A stretch of DNA of 64,000 nucleotides from Thermodesulfobacteriota bacterium. GTDB taxonomy: Bacteria > Desulfobacterota > Desulfobacteria > Desulfobacterales > SURF-7. The position numbers and the translations under genes are program-made. Positions within the stretch are counted from its first letter, which is position 1. Each line of letters begins with the position of its first letter. Shown one piece after another: positions 9,833 through 18,471 of the stretch. Location of the stretch: NCBI GenBank assembly GCA_049320885.1, contig JBMORA010000027.1:67221-131220 (forward strand), given 5' to 3'. Below the pieces are notes generated by a model that was not told the origin of the DNA, searched no databases, and worked only from the letters and a program-made list of their open reading frames with translations.

Positions 9833-10581
9833 TCCCCGGCGGCCGCATCGAGGTTGGATGCCGCCGCGAATTGTTTGACCATATCCAGGATCAGGCGTTT
9901 CCGGATGATGCCGATCATGGTGTTGATGACAGTGGTACCGCCTTCCACCATGCGGATCATCTCCTCCGGGCTGATCCGGCCGGCCGCCCGTTTGACCATG
10001 ATTTCCGTCTCGGCCGCCACCAGGGTCCCCATGGCCGCGAGATGCGGGGTCAATACGTCCGCGTCGAATCCCAGTTCCCGGGAAAAACCGATTTCCCTGA
10101 GTTTTTTCCAGCATTCCATGAAACGGATATCATCTTCTTCATACCAGCGCTGTTTTCCTTTCGTAACGGGCCGCAGCAGCCCCATCCGCTCCAGGGTTTT
10201 CATTTCCCGAAGAGTCGCCCCCGTGCGCTCGGCCAGTTGCTTGGTGGTGGCTTTCTTGATTTCGATGCTCTCGGTCATGTTCCGGAACAGGCGGCCGTCC
10301 ATTTCCGCTATCGTCCGGATCTCGTCGACGCTCAGTTCGCTCCGGTCGTTGCGGACCATCTTCCGGATCACCGACAGCGGCAGATACCGCTTGGTCTGCA
10401 GTTCCTTGATCACCTTGATGGCATTGACATGCTCCATGGTGTAATAGTGCATGTTGGGATTGGCGACGATGGGCCTGGGAATCAGGCCTTCCTTGATATA
10501 AAACAGGATGGTTGCCTTGGGAACGCCGGATACAGCCACCAGCTCCTTCATGCGCATGCGTTTCTTGATGGGTTCCGCCAC
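9829..10581 (-). CDS. MerR family transcriptional regulator with two HTH-like repeats
   Basis: MRMKELVAVSGVPKATILFYIKEGLIP...; second repeat TTKQLAERTGATLREMKTLERMGLLRP...YEEDD; GTG start with GGAG RBS. Confidence 0.85.
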   Translation of the reverse strand: MAEPIKKRMRMKELVAVSGVPKATILFYIKEGLIPRPIVANPNMHYYTMEHVNAIKVIKELQTKRYLPLSVIRKMVRNDRSELSVDEIRTIAEMDGRLFRNMTESIEIKKATTKQLAERTGATLREMKTLERMGLLRPVTKGKQRWYEEDDIRFMECWKKLREIGFSRELGFDADVLTPHLAAMGTLVAAETEIMVKRAAGRISPEEMIRMVEGGTTVINTMIGIIRKRLILDMVKQFAAASNLDAAAGE

Positions 10582-10664
10582 GGGTAGACTCCAGTCGTTT
10601 GCAGGTTGCCCGCCCTTCCTCCTCGCATCGGGACTGCCATCATTCTTACCCGTGAAAATACTTG

Positions 10665-10728
10665 TTGACAAGAAAAAACGCAATCATTATAGAGCGTCAT
10701 AACTGTAAAGTGTTGCTTTTCACTTTAC
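10665..10728 (+). promoter_or_regulatory. sigma70-like promoter plus perfect palindromic operator upstream of the oxoamine synthase gene
   Basis: TTGACA-17 nt-TATAGA (10665-10693); GTAAAGTG-N8-CACTTTAC (10705-10728). Confidence 0.65.
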
Positions 10729-10793
10729 TTTAATGCCTGCCCGAACGCATGATGGGAAAGGGCAAACCGCAACGATGAGAGGAGAATGATCGT

Positions 10794-12536
10794 ATGACCG
10801 GAAGAAACCCTTTTTTGCAGGAAACCTTCAAATCCAGACCGGAAAGATGGGAACCCGCCGGGGAAGAACCCATCGAATCCAGGCTTCGGATCGGCGCAAC
10901 GGAAACCATCGGCCTGGAAGTGACCTGCATCTCGGAAACCGGCATGGAAGGCCGACCGGTTTTCAAGATCCCCGAATCCGTCCGCGGGAAGGAAATCACC
11001 GAAATCCAGATCCGCTGCAACGGCCACCGGCTGTCCTTCGGTCCGGGGAAATTCGCGCCGGGCGGCCTCCATTCGGCGGACAGAACCGTCGGCATCTGTT
11101 TCGACGCCAACCAGTCGGACCAGCTTGCCCTCCTCAGGCCCCATCTGCGTCCGCGCAGCTATGTCACCCATGAACTCCGCGACGAGGTGCTGGAAGCCAT
11201 GACCACTTCCATCAATGGCTTGAAGCACTCCCTGACCGACTTCTACCGCATCGACTCCCCGGATGTCTTCGAGAAATGCAACCGCTTTTACGAAATGATC
11301 AAGGATCTGCAAAAAAACAAATATTATCAAGGTCTCTATCGCGTGACGCTGACCTCCGGCATCGGCCCCCGGATCACGGTATTCAATCCCTCCCGCAGAC
11401 GGGAGGAACCGATGATCTGCTATGATTCCAACAGCTATCTGGGCCTCCACCGTCATCCCCGGGTGCTCGCCGTCGTGGACCGGACCCTGCGGGTGGCCGG
11501 ATACGGCACCCCCAGTTCCCAGCTGCTGAGCGGCACGAACAAATACCTGCGGACCCTGGAGGAAACCGTCGCCGCCTTCCACCAGCGGGAGGACTGCATC
11601 ATCTTTCCCACCGGATACGCGGCCAATATCGGGGCCATTTCAGCGCTGATCCGGGACCGGGATCTGATCGTCCGGGACCGCTTCGCCCACAACAGCATCC
11701 GCAACGGGACGCTGTCCGCCCGTTCGCCCCATGTCGCCGTCTATCCCCACCAGGACTACGACTCCCTGGAGGAGATCCTCTCATCGGCCGGCGGCAATCC
11801 CGAAATCATCGGCAAAATGATCGTCACCGACGCGGTTTTCAGCATGCACGGCAGCGTCGCGGATCTGCCCAGACTTGCGGCGCTCTCCAAAAAACACAAC
11901 GCCCGTTTGATGCTGGATGAGGCCCATTCCATCGGCGTGCTGGGGGAGACCGGGCATGGGATCGAGGAACACTACGGCATGACCGGGGCGGTGGATGTGC
12001 TGATGGGAACCCTCAGCAAGACACCCGGCTCCCTGGGGGGCTATGTGGCCGGCTGCCGGGAACTGGTGACCTATCTGCGGCATTACGCCCAATCCGGCAT
12101 GTTCACGACCTCCCTGCCCGCGGCGATCTGCGCGGGAGTGACCGAGGCGTTTCATGTCATGGAAGAAGAGCCCGAGCACCGGGAACGCCTCTGGAACAAC
12201 ATCCGCCGGCTCACCGCCGCCATCCATGACGCAGGGCTGCTGGTGTCCCCTCCCCGCAGCAGCATCATCACGGTTTCCGTGGGCGAGCTTGGCCTTCTGT
12301 GGCTGGTCAGCCAGGAGCTTTTTCAAGCCGGCATCAAGGCGGGCAGCGTCACCTACCCCGCGGTGGCCAGGGGGGAATCCATACTCCGGCTCAGCGTCAC
12401 CGCTCAGCATACGGCGGAAGACATCGATTACACGGCCGGGACCCTGAAGGCCATCGGCCGGAAATACGGCCTGTGCGGAAAAAGCCTCGCGGAACTCAAC
12501 GAAATGTCCGAGCGGTACCGCCTGGGCGCCGATTAG
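10794..12536 (+). CDS. PLP-dependent alpha-oxoamine synthase (BioF/KBL/SPT family) with N-terminal PilZ-like domain
   Basis: SNSYLGL, TGYAANIG, DRFAHNSI, DAVFSMHG, DEAHS, GTLSK (PLP lysine), ILRLSV; about 190-aa N-terminal extension. Confidence 0.8.
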   Translation: MTGRNPFLQETFKSRPERWEPAGEEPIESRLRIGATETIGLEVTCISETGMEGRPVFKIPESVRGKEITEIQIRCNGHRLSFGPGKFAPGGLHSADRTVGICFDANQSDQLALLRPHLRPRSYVTHELRDEVLEAMTTSINGLKHSLTDFYRIDSPDVFEKCNRFYEMIKDLQKNKYYQGLYRVTLTSGIGPRITVFNPSRRREEPMICYDSNSYLGLHRHPRVLAVVDRTLRVAGYGTPSSQLLSGTNKYLRTLEETVAAFHQREDCIIFPTGYAANIGAISALIRDRDLIVRDRFAHNSIRNGTLSARSPHVAVYPHQDYDSLEEILSSAGGNPEIIGKMIVTDAVFSMHGSVADLPRLAALSKKHNARLMLDEAHSIGVLGETGHGIEEHYGMTGAVDVLMGTLSKTPGSLGGYVAGCRELVTYLRHYAQSGMFTTSLPAAICAGVTEAFHVMEEEPEHRERLWNNIRRLTAAIHDAGLLVSPPRSSIITVSVGELGLLWLVSQELFQAGIKAGSVTYPAVARGESILRLSVTAQHTAEDIDYTAGTLKAIGRKYGLCGKSLAELNEMSERYRLGAD

Positions 12537-14200
12537 AAGTCCGACAGATTCTGATAGAACATCACCGTCGCGGGGCTGGTGACATTGGGATCCGTGACCA
12601 CGTTGATGCAGGCCGGCTTGCCGGAAGCCAGCGCGCGTTGGAGGGCTGGGGCCACGTCCTCGTCCCGGGTCACCAGTTCCCCGTATCCTCCCAGCCCCTC
12701 CACCATTTTTTCATAATGCCGCATACCCAGCTCCGCGCAGGTGCAGCGGTCGTGTCCGATGCTCATTTCCTGGGAATGCTTGATCATGCCCCAGGCGCAG
12801 TCGTTGTTGACCACGCAGATGATGGGAATGTTGTGGCGCACCGCCGTGTCGAACTCCATGCTGTTGAAACCGAAGGAACCGTCTCCGTTCAGCACCACCA
12901 CCGGCTTGTCCGGATGGGCCAGCTTCGCGGCGATGGCAAAGGGAATGCCCGTCCCCAGGCAACCCAGAAGGGCGCCGGCCGGAACCTGAACCCCCGAAGG
13001 ATGCCGCGACATGAAACCCGCCAGTCCGTAATAACTGGTGTCGCCGCCGTCGGCGACGTAAAAGGCGTCCTGCCCGAAAACCTCCATGATGCGGGCCACC
13101 AGCCGGATGGGATGAATCGGATCCGACGGCGTCGAACGCTTTTCCAGCTCCGTGGTCATGAACGCCTGGTAGGCGTTGCGCAACCTGCCGATCCAATCCC
13201 CATGCTCCCGGGCCTCAACCCCGGCGAGCAGACGGCCGAGGACGTCGCCGCAGTCCCCCACCAGCCCCACGTCAGCGCTGCGGTTGCGGTCGATTTCCTG
13301 GGGATCGATGTCGATGCGGACGACCTTGGCCTGGGGAAACAACCTGCCGGATTGCAGCACCCAGTTGAAGCGGATGCCGGCGGCCACGATCACATCCGCC
13401 TGGGGCAGCCCGGTCATGACGCCCGTGAATCCGCCGTCGCTGATGGACAGCGGATGATCGTCCGGCAGGACCCCCCGGCCGTTGTTCAGGAGGCAGAAAG
13501 GCATGCCGGTTTTTTCCAGAAAGGCCCGGGCGGCATCCCCGCAATTGCTCATGCCCACGCCGCTGCCGCCGAGAAAGATCGGTTTCCGGGCGTTGTTGAT
13601 GAGCTCCGTTGCCCGGCGCAATTCGGTTTCATCCGGATGGACGGCGGTTTTATGGCTCCGGCGCGGGGGGATGTTGACGCTCTCCGTATCCACCTGGACG
13701 AAGAGAATGTCCGGCGGCAGTTCCAGAAAAACCGGACCCGGCCTTCCGGTGGTGGCTTGGCGGAACGCCAGGGAGAGGTATTCCGGAATGCGTCTGGTAT
13801 CGAAGCAGGTGGCGTTCCATTTGGTGACCGGTTTGATCATGTCGATCTGGTTCATCTCCTGCAGCGCCCCGGTGAGATCGTCCCGCAACGGGTGACGGCC
13901 GCACAATACCACCAGGGGGGCATTGTCCAGGTAGGCGTTCACGATGCCCGTCAGGGCATTGGTGAATCCCGGACCGGCCGTCACCAGGCAGACGCCCGGC
14001 TCGCCTTTGTAGACCGACCAGGCGTGCGCCATCATGGCCGCCGCCTGCTCATGACGGACATCAATGGTGCGGATGCCGTATTCGGTAAAACCGTCCAGAA
14101 TGTTTTCGATGTGCCCGCCGGACAGGGTGAAGACCGTCCGCACGTTTTCGACTTCCTTCATGTACTTCGCCACCAGATGTCCGCCGTATATTTTTGCCAT
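12533..14200 (-). CDS. Thiamine diphosphate-dependent enzyme, 2-hydroxyacyl-CoA lyase / ILVBL / benzaldehyde lyase-like
   Basis: LSGGHI, RHEQAA, TAGPG, GALQE, GRPGPV, GCLG, GDGSFGF...NN ThDP motif. Confidence 0.8.
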   Translation of the reverse strand: MAKIYGGHLVAKYMKEVENVRTVFTLSGGHIENILDGFTEYGIRTIDVRHEQAAAMMAHAWSVYKGEPGVCLVTAGPGFTNALTGIVNAYLDNAPLVVLCGRHPLRDDLTGALQEMNQIDMIKPVTKWNATCFDTRRIPEYLSLAFRQATTGRPGPVFLELPPDILFVQVDTESVNIPPRRSHKTAVHPDETELRRATELINNARKPIFLGGSGVGMSNCGDAARAFLEKTGMPFCLLNNGRGVLPDDHPLSISDGGFTGVMTGLPQADVIVAAGIRFNWVLQSGRLFPQAKVVRIDIDPQEIDRNRSADVGLVGDCGDVLGRLLAGVEAREHGDWIGRLRNAYQAFMTTELEKRSTPSDPIHPIRLVARIMEVFGQDAFYVADGGDTSYYGLAGFMSRHPSGVQVPAGALLGCLGTGIPFAIAAKLAHPDKPVVVLNGDGSFGFNSMEFDTAVRHNIPIICVVNNDCAWGMIKHSQEMSIGHDRCTCAELGMRHYEKMVEGLGGYGELVTRDEDVAPALQRALASGKPACINVVTDPNVTSPATVMFYQNLSDF

Positions 14201-14237
14201 CCCGTCCTCCTTATGGTGTCAGCGCCTGCCTGTCTGC

Positions 14238-14594
14238 CTACAGCACCAGTTTGATCCCGTTTTCAAACCACTGGGCATAAACGCTCATGCCCGCCACCTT
14301 CAATTTACCCTCCGCCGCGGCGTTGAAGGAGGCATCCGGCCGCTTGTCGGTCATGACGGAAAAACCGGTGGCGGCGTCTTTCCAGATCAACGCCACGTCG
14401 AATTCCCGGCAATCGCCGGCCGCGGACGAAACCCGGCCCCTGTTGAAAATGAACTGCCGGGCCCGCAGCCCGTCGGCGGTTTTGATCAGCACCCGGGCGT
14501 TGATCTTGGCAATGTATTTCCGGAAGGCCCGGTTGGTGATGGACGCCGTTTTCAACGCGACGAACAAAACAAACAACAGAAACGAAAAGCGCAT
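14238..14594 (-). CDS. SCP2 (sterol carrier)-like small protein
   Basis: F.F..G.V, DVALIWKD, AAAEGKLKVAG pattern typical of the SCP2 fold; co-directional between the dehydrogenase and the ThDP enzyme. Confidence 0.55.
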   Translation of the reverse strand: MRFSFLLFVLFVALKTASITNRAFRKYIAKINARVLIKTADGLRARQFIFNRGRVSSAAGDCREFDVALIWKDAATGFSVMTDKRPDASFNAAAEGKLKVAGMSVYAQWFENGIKLVL

Positions 14595-14632
14595 ACATTT
14601 CTCCTTCCCGCGACAGCCCTTGAACCCGGTCG

Positions 14633-15853
14633 CTAGGGAAAGGCCACCACGGTCTTCATGGCCTTGTGTCGCCCCTTGTTCAGATTGACCTCGATCATCC
14701 GCCGATATTCCTCCAGCCGGAACCGGTGGGTCACCAGTTTCTCCGCCCGGATTTTCCCGCTCCGCATGAGCTCGAGCGCGATTTCGAACGCATGGGCTTC
14801 CCCGTTCCGCCAGACGTTCCGGCCGTAGGCATAGACCCCCTTGACGGTTTGCAGTTTCAGCCAGAGCGGCGTCAGATCCAGCCGGACATCTCCGCCGATG
14901 CCGACGACGCTGAGGGTCCCCATGGCCGACAGCAGCCGCATGGCCAGATTCAGGGTGGCGGCGCTGCCGACGGTGTCATAAATCCGGTGAAAACCGCCCA
15001 TGAGAATTTCCTTCCCCAGCATGGGCTTGTAAACGGCGGCGCCCGTGACGCGCGCCGTCCTCTCATATACTGCCGCCGCGGGGATCAGGCCTTCGGCGCC
15101 GGCCTCCTCCGCCAACCGTCCGGCGAAGGGGGAAGGCTCGATGACGAATATCCGGCAGGCGGCCGACAGATTGCGAAGCGACTGCACCATCAGATTGCCG
15201 ATGACGCCGCCGCCGATGACCAGCACCGTCTCCCCGCCTTCCGGCTTGTTGTCCAACACCGCCTGCAGGGCCACGGCCAGCGGCTCGGTCATGACCGCCG
15301 CTTCCGGACTGAGCCCCGGCGGCACCGGGAACAACTGGCTCTTATGCGCCACGAGAAACGGCGCGAATCCGCCGTTCACCCCCCGGTTGATGCCCAGGAA
15401 CATCCCCGGCGGCAGATCGCCGTCGGCGAAATGAGCGCAATTGCCGGACCGCCCCGCCCGGCAGGCCGGGCATGCGGGCGATATTCCCCTGGTCTCGCAG
15501 CCCAGAATCGGATTCACCACCACCCGGTCGCCCGGTTGAAAGGCGCCGGCCCCGCTCCCTGCCTCCACGATTTCGCCGACGATTTCATGCCCGGTGATGC
15601 AGGGAAACGAGGTGAAAGGGGAAGCGGTGGGCGAATCGTGCAACAGGATCAGGTTCAGGTCGCTGCCGCAGAAACCGCAATAGCGCGTGCGGATCTTGAC
15701 CCAGTCCGGTGACGGGAGAACCGGCTCCGGAATGTCCGCAAGACGGATGGTGGCCACGGGGCTGTTGTAAAAAACCGAACGACCGAAAATCCCGCGAAGA
15801 ATTTTGGCCGCGATAAAGCGGGGAACCGTCACATGGAATTGAAGCGCTTGCAT
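14633..15853 (-). CDS. Zinc-dependent medium-chain alcohol dehydrogenase
   Basis: CGSD, GHE, structural-Zn cysteines (C...CPAC...C), EPLAVA, GGGVIG; GGAGG RBS. Confidence 0.88.
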   Translation of the reverse strand: MQALQFHVTVPRFIAAKILRGIFGRSVFYNSPVATIRLADIPEPVLPSPDWVKIRTRYCGFCGSDLNLILLHDSPTASPFTSFPCITGHEIVGEIVEAGSGAGAFQPGDRVVVNPILGCETRGISPACPACRAGRSGNCAHFADGDLPPGMFLGINRGVNGGFAPFLVAHKSQLFPVPPGLSPEAAVMTEPLAVALQAVLDNKPEGGETVLVIGGGVIGNLMVQSLRNLSAACRIFVIEPSPFAGRLAEEAGAEGLIPAAAVYERTARVTGAAVYKPMLGKEILMGGFHRIYDTVGSAATLNLAMRLLSAMGTLSVVGIGGDVRLDLTPLWLKLQTVKGVYAYGRNVWRNGEAHAFEIALELMRSGKIRAEKLVTHRFRLEEYRRMIEVNLNKGRHKAMKTVVAFP

Positions 15854-15896
15854 GTTTCCTCCGTCCATCCATCGCCGGAACAACGGCGCCGTCCTG

Positions 15897-15925
15897 TATT
15901 TACGAATTATTATTCATCTTGTCAA
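15897..15925 (-). promoter_or_regulatory. sigma70-like promoter of the dehydrogenase operon with a palindromic operator in the spacer
   Basis: TTGACA-17 nt-TAAATA on the minus strand; ACGAAT-TATT-ATTCAT at 15902-15917. Confidence 0.55.
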
Positions 15926-16065
15926 TATTTTTTATTATATTATTTTTCATATAGTTATTGATTTTTTATGAACTTTTAATCACATTATTATGATTGACAA
16001 ACCGGACCGGACTCTGATACTCCCGGGGCATTGAAAAATCCTTCTCATTCAGGAGCGCATCCGTC

Positions 16066-16674
16066 ATGACAGCCGTACGGACCCCGCGGCAACAGCGCGG
16101 GAAGGAAACCAAAAACCGGATCATCAAGGCGGCCTTTCACTTGTTCGCCCGCAAAGGCATCCACGGCACCAACTCCCGGGAAATCGCCGAAAAGGCCGGC
16201 GTATCCATCGGCAGTTTTTATTCCTACTTCAACAACAAAAAAACCCTGCTGCTGGAAATGCTGGAGGATTACACGGACCGCCATTACGCCAGGATATGGG
16301 ACCAGATAGGCAGCTACGCCTTCGAGAGCCTGGGAAGACAGGACATCAAGACGATTATCGGGAATGTCTTCGCGGCCTATGATATCTCGCCTGAATTTCA
16401 CCGCCAGACCCACGCCCTGCGCTACTCGGATCCGGACATCAACCGCATTTACGACCGGGAGCGCAGGCGCGAGGTGAAACAGATTAGCGCCATCCTGGAG
16501 AAAAACAGCGGACGCCTGCGGATTGCCGATACGGCAGCCGTCGCCGTCATCATTCAGAACGCCGTGGAAAACGTGGCCCACACCGCCAGGTTCATCGGCA
16601 CGGATATCGAAGACCACCGGCTGGTGGATGCCCTGGCCGATATGATTTACAGTTTCGTCATTGGTGACGAATGA
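16066..16674 (+). CDS. TetR/AcrR family transcriptional regulator
   Basis: RTPRQQRGKETKNRIIKAAFHLF...EIAEKAGVSIGSFYSYFNNK; AGGAG RBS. Confidence 0.92.
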   Translation: MTAVRTPRQQRGKETKNRIIKAAFHLFARKGIHGTNSREIAEKAGVSIGSFYSYFNNKKTLLLEMLEDYTDRHYARIWDQIGSYAFESLGRQDIKTIIGNVFAAYDISPEFHRQTHALRYSDPDINRIYDRERRREVKQISAILEKNSGRLRIADTAAVAVIIQNAVENVAHTARFIGTDIEDHRLVDALADMIYSFVIGDE

Positions 16675-17957
16675 AACCGGGGCGGAATTTCCTGATCCCG
16701 CTGTTGCTGGCGATCCTGGAGGCGACATCGGCCGGAGCGGATGCGGATCTTGCCCGCTCCTACCTTTCCGGCAGGGAAAACCAATCGCGGAAGGCTCCGC
16801 CTTCCCCCGGACTGCTTCGAAGTTATGAGGCCGGCGACAATGCGGCTCTCCCTCCGGACCTTGCCGATGTCGCGTTTGTTTACGACAATGCGCTCGTTCT
16901 TCTGGCCTGCATCCAGGACAAAAGCCCGGAAAGCAGGGCTCGCGCCGGAAACATCGCCGCCGCCTTCGTCCATGCCATGACCCATGACCGCTATTTTCAG
17001 GACGGAAGACTGCGGAACGCCTATTCGGCCGAATGCCTGATCGATCCGCAAACCGGCAAGACCCGCCTTCCCGGATGGTGGGCGGACGGTGAAGCCCGAT
17101 GGCGCGAGGACCGCTACCAGGCCGGCACCCACACCGGCAACATGGCCTGGGTGGTCATCGCCCTGTCCCAGTACCACCGCCGATTCGGCGGACGGCAGTA
17201 CAAGGAGGCCGCCGTCCGGCTCGGAAACTGGATACATGCCCACACGAACGACAACGGCGACGGATATCGGGGGGGGTTCGAGGGCTGGGAGCCGGATCCG
17301 GAACGCCTTCCATGGAAATCAACCGAGCACAATATCGATGTCCACGCCGCGTTCACCTGGCTCCACCGGATCACCGGCGACAACGCCTGGAAACAGCGGG
17401 CCGCCTCCGCCCGGCGGTTTGTGAACGCCATGTGGTCCGGAGACCATTTTCTCATCGGCACGAAACCGGACGGCAGAACCCCCGAAACCGGCAACCCCCC
17501 GCTGGATGCCCAGGCCTGGGCCGTGCTGGTTTTCGGCGGCCACGGGAAAGCCCTGGCGTGGGCCGAACGCAATTGCCTCGTCCGCCGAAACGGTCAGCTG
17601 GGATTTGACTTCAACACTTATCGAAATGGAATCTGGCACGAGGGAACCGCGCACATGGCCCTGGCCTATCGCGCCGTCCGGGCCTGCGACAAAGCCGCGC
17701 CGCTGCTGGATACGCTGCGGGCCGCCCAATCATGCGGCCCGCTGGGGGTTGGGAAAGGGATCGCGGCGGCAGCGCCGGATCACATCGTGGATACCGGGCT
17801 CGGCTGGAGATACTTCCCCTTGCCGCATATCGGCGCCACCGCCTGGTATGTCCTTGCGGAAATGGGAATCAATCCGTTTCTCGGTTCCCGGCTGCCCTGT
17901 CCTCCGGCGGACGCTCCCGTCACGTCAGCACGCCGTATCGATCCTTGTACGCCTTGA
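16671..17957 (+). CDS. Secreted alpha/alpha-barrel glycosidase-like protein of unknown function
   Basis: N-terminal signal peptide; YDNAL, GNMAW, WKSTEHNID, LDAQAW, WHEGTA motifs; ATGA overlap with tetR. Confidence 0.55.
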   Translation: MKPGRNFLIPLLLAILEATSAGADADLARSYLSGRENQSRKAPPSPGLLRSYEAGDNAALPPDLADVAFVYDNALVLLACIQDKSPESRARAGNIAAAFVHAMTHDRYFQDGRLRNAYSAECLIDPQTGKTRLPGWWADGEARWREDRYQAGTHTGNMAWVVIALSQYHRRFGGRQYKEAAVRLGNWIHAHTNDNGDGYRGGFEGWEPDPERLPWKSTEHNIDVHAAFTWLHRITGDNAWKQRAASARRFVNAMWSGDHFLIGTKPDGRTPETGNPPLDAQAWAVLVFGGHGKALAWAERNCLVRRNGQLGFDFNTYRNGIWHEGTAHMALAYRAVRACDKAAPLLDTLRAAQSCGPLGVGKGIAAAAPDHIVDTGLGWRYFPLPHIGATAWYVLAEMGINPFLGSRLPCPPADAPVTSARRIDPCTP

Positions 17958-18450
17958 CCATCCGGGTCAATTCCGCCATGTCCACCATGGCGTTGGCGAG
18001 TTGCTCGTCGGTTTTACGCATCCGCTCCACCAGGACGCCGGCGATGCCCCTGTAGAGGATATAACAGAAGGCGATCTTGTCGTTGCCGGACAGCCGGCCG
18101 ATATATTCGGTGTCGGTGGCCAGGCACACGGTTTCCTCCACCGCGTAGACCGAGGCGGACCGGTCGTTCTCGCTGATGGCGCCCATTTCCCCGAACAAAT
18201 CCCCCCGGCGCCGCAGGAAAGAAAGGTCCTCCCCGTTCTTGGTGATCCGGACACTGCCGTTGATCAGGAAATAAATCCGGCGGTCGATCTCCCCCTCCTT
18301 GATGATCAGCTCCCCCGGCGCGTACTGCCGGATCTTGCTGACCCTAAGCAGCCCCTCCAAATCCTTGAGTTCGAATTCCTTCAGGACGGGAATGGACAAC
18401 AGCTTTCTCAGGTTTTCCTCGTTGGCTTTCAACTGCCTCGATTCACGCAT
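17920..18450 (-). CDS. Stand-alone cyclic nucleotide-binding domain protein
   Basis: GELIIKEGE, GDLFGEMGAI...RSASVYA phosphate-binding cassette; no HTH. Confidence 0.85.
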   Translation of the reverse strand: MRESRQLKANEENLRKLLSIPVLKEFELKDLEGLLRVSKIRQYAPGELIIKEGEIDRRIYFLINGSVRITKNGEDLSFLRRRGDLFGEMGAISENDRSASVYAVEETVCLATDTEYIGRLSGNDKIAFCYILYRGIAGVLVERMRKTDEQLANAMVDMAELTRMVKAYKDRYGVLT

Positions 18451-18471
18451 GCCTTCCTCCGCCGAAAGGGT

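Noticed and set aside
10752..10790. GGGAAAGGGCAAACC resembling the start of a c-di-GMP-I riboswitch upstream of the PilZ-like synthase
   Set aside because: No GNRA-capped P2 stem and no downstream GCAAA/P3; too little space before the RBS
10794..12536. Assigning bioF, kbl or spt
   Set aside because: The family is clear but the substrate is not; no bio or tdh context, atypical loop and N-terminal extension
12533..14200. Assigning ilvB (acetolactate synthase)
   Set aside because: Motifs fit the HACL/ILVBL/BAL branch better, and no regulatory subunit or ilv genes are adjacent
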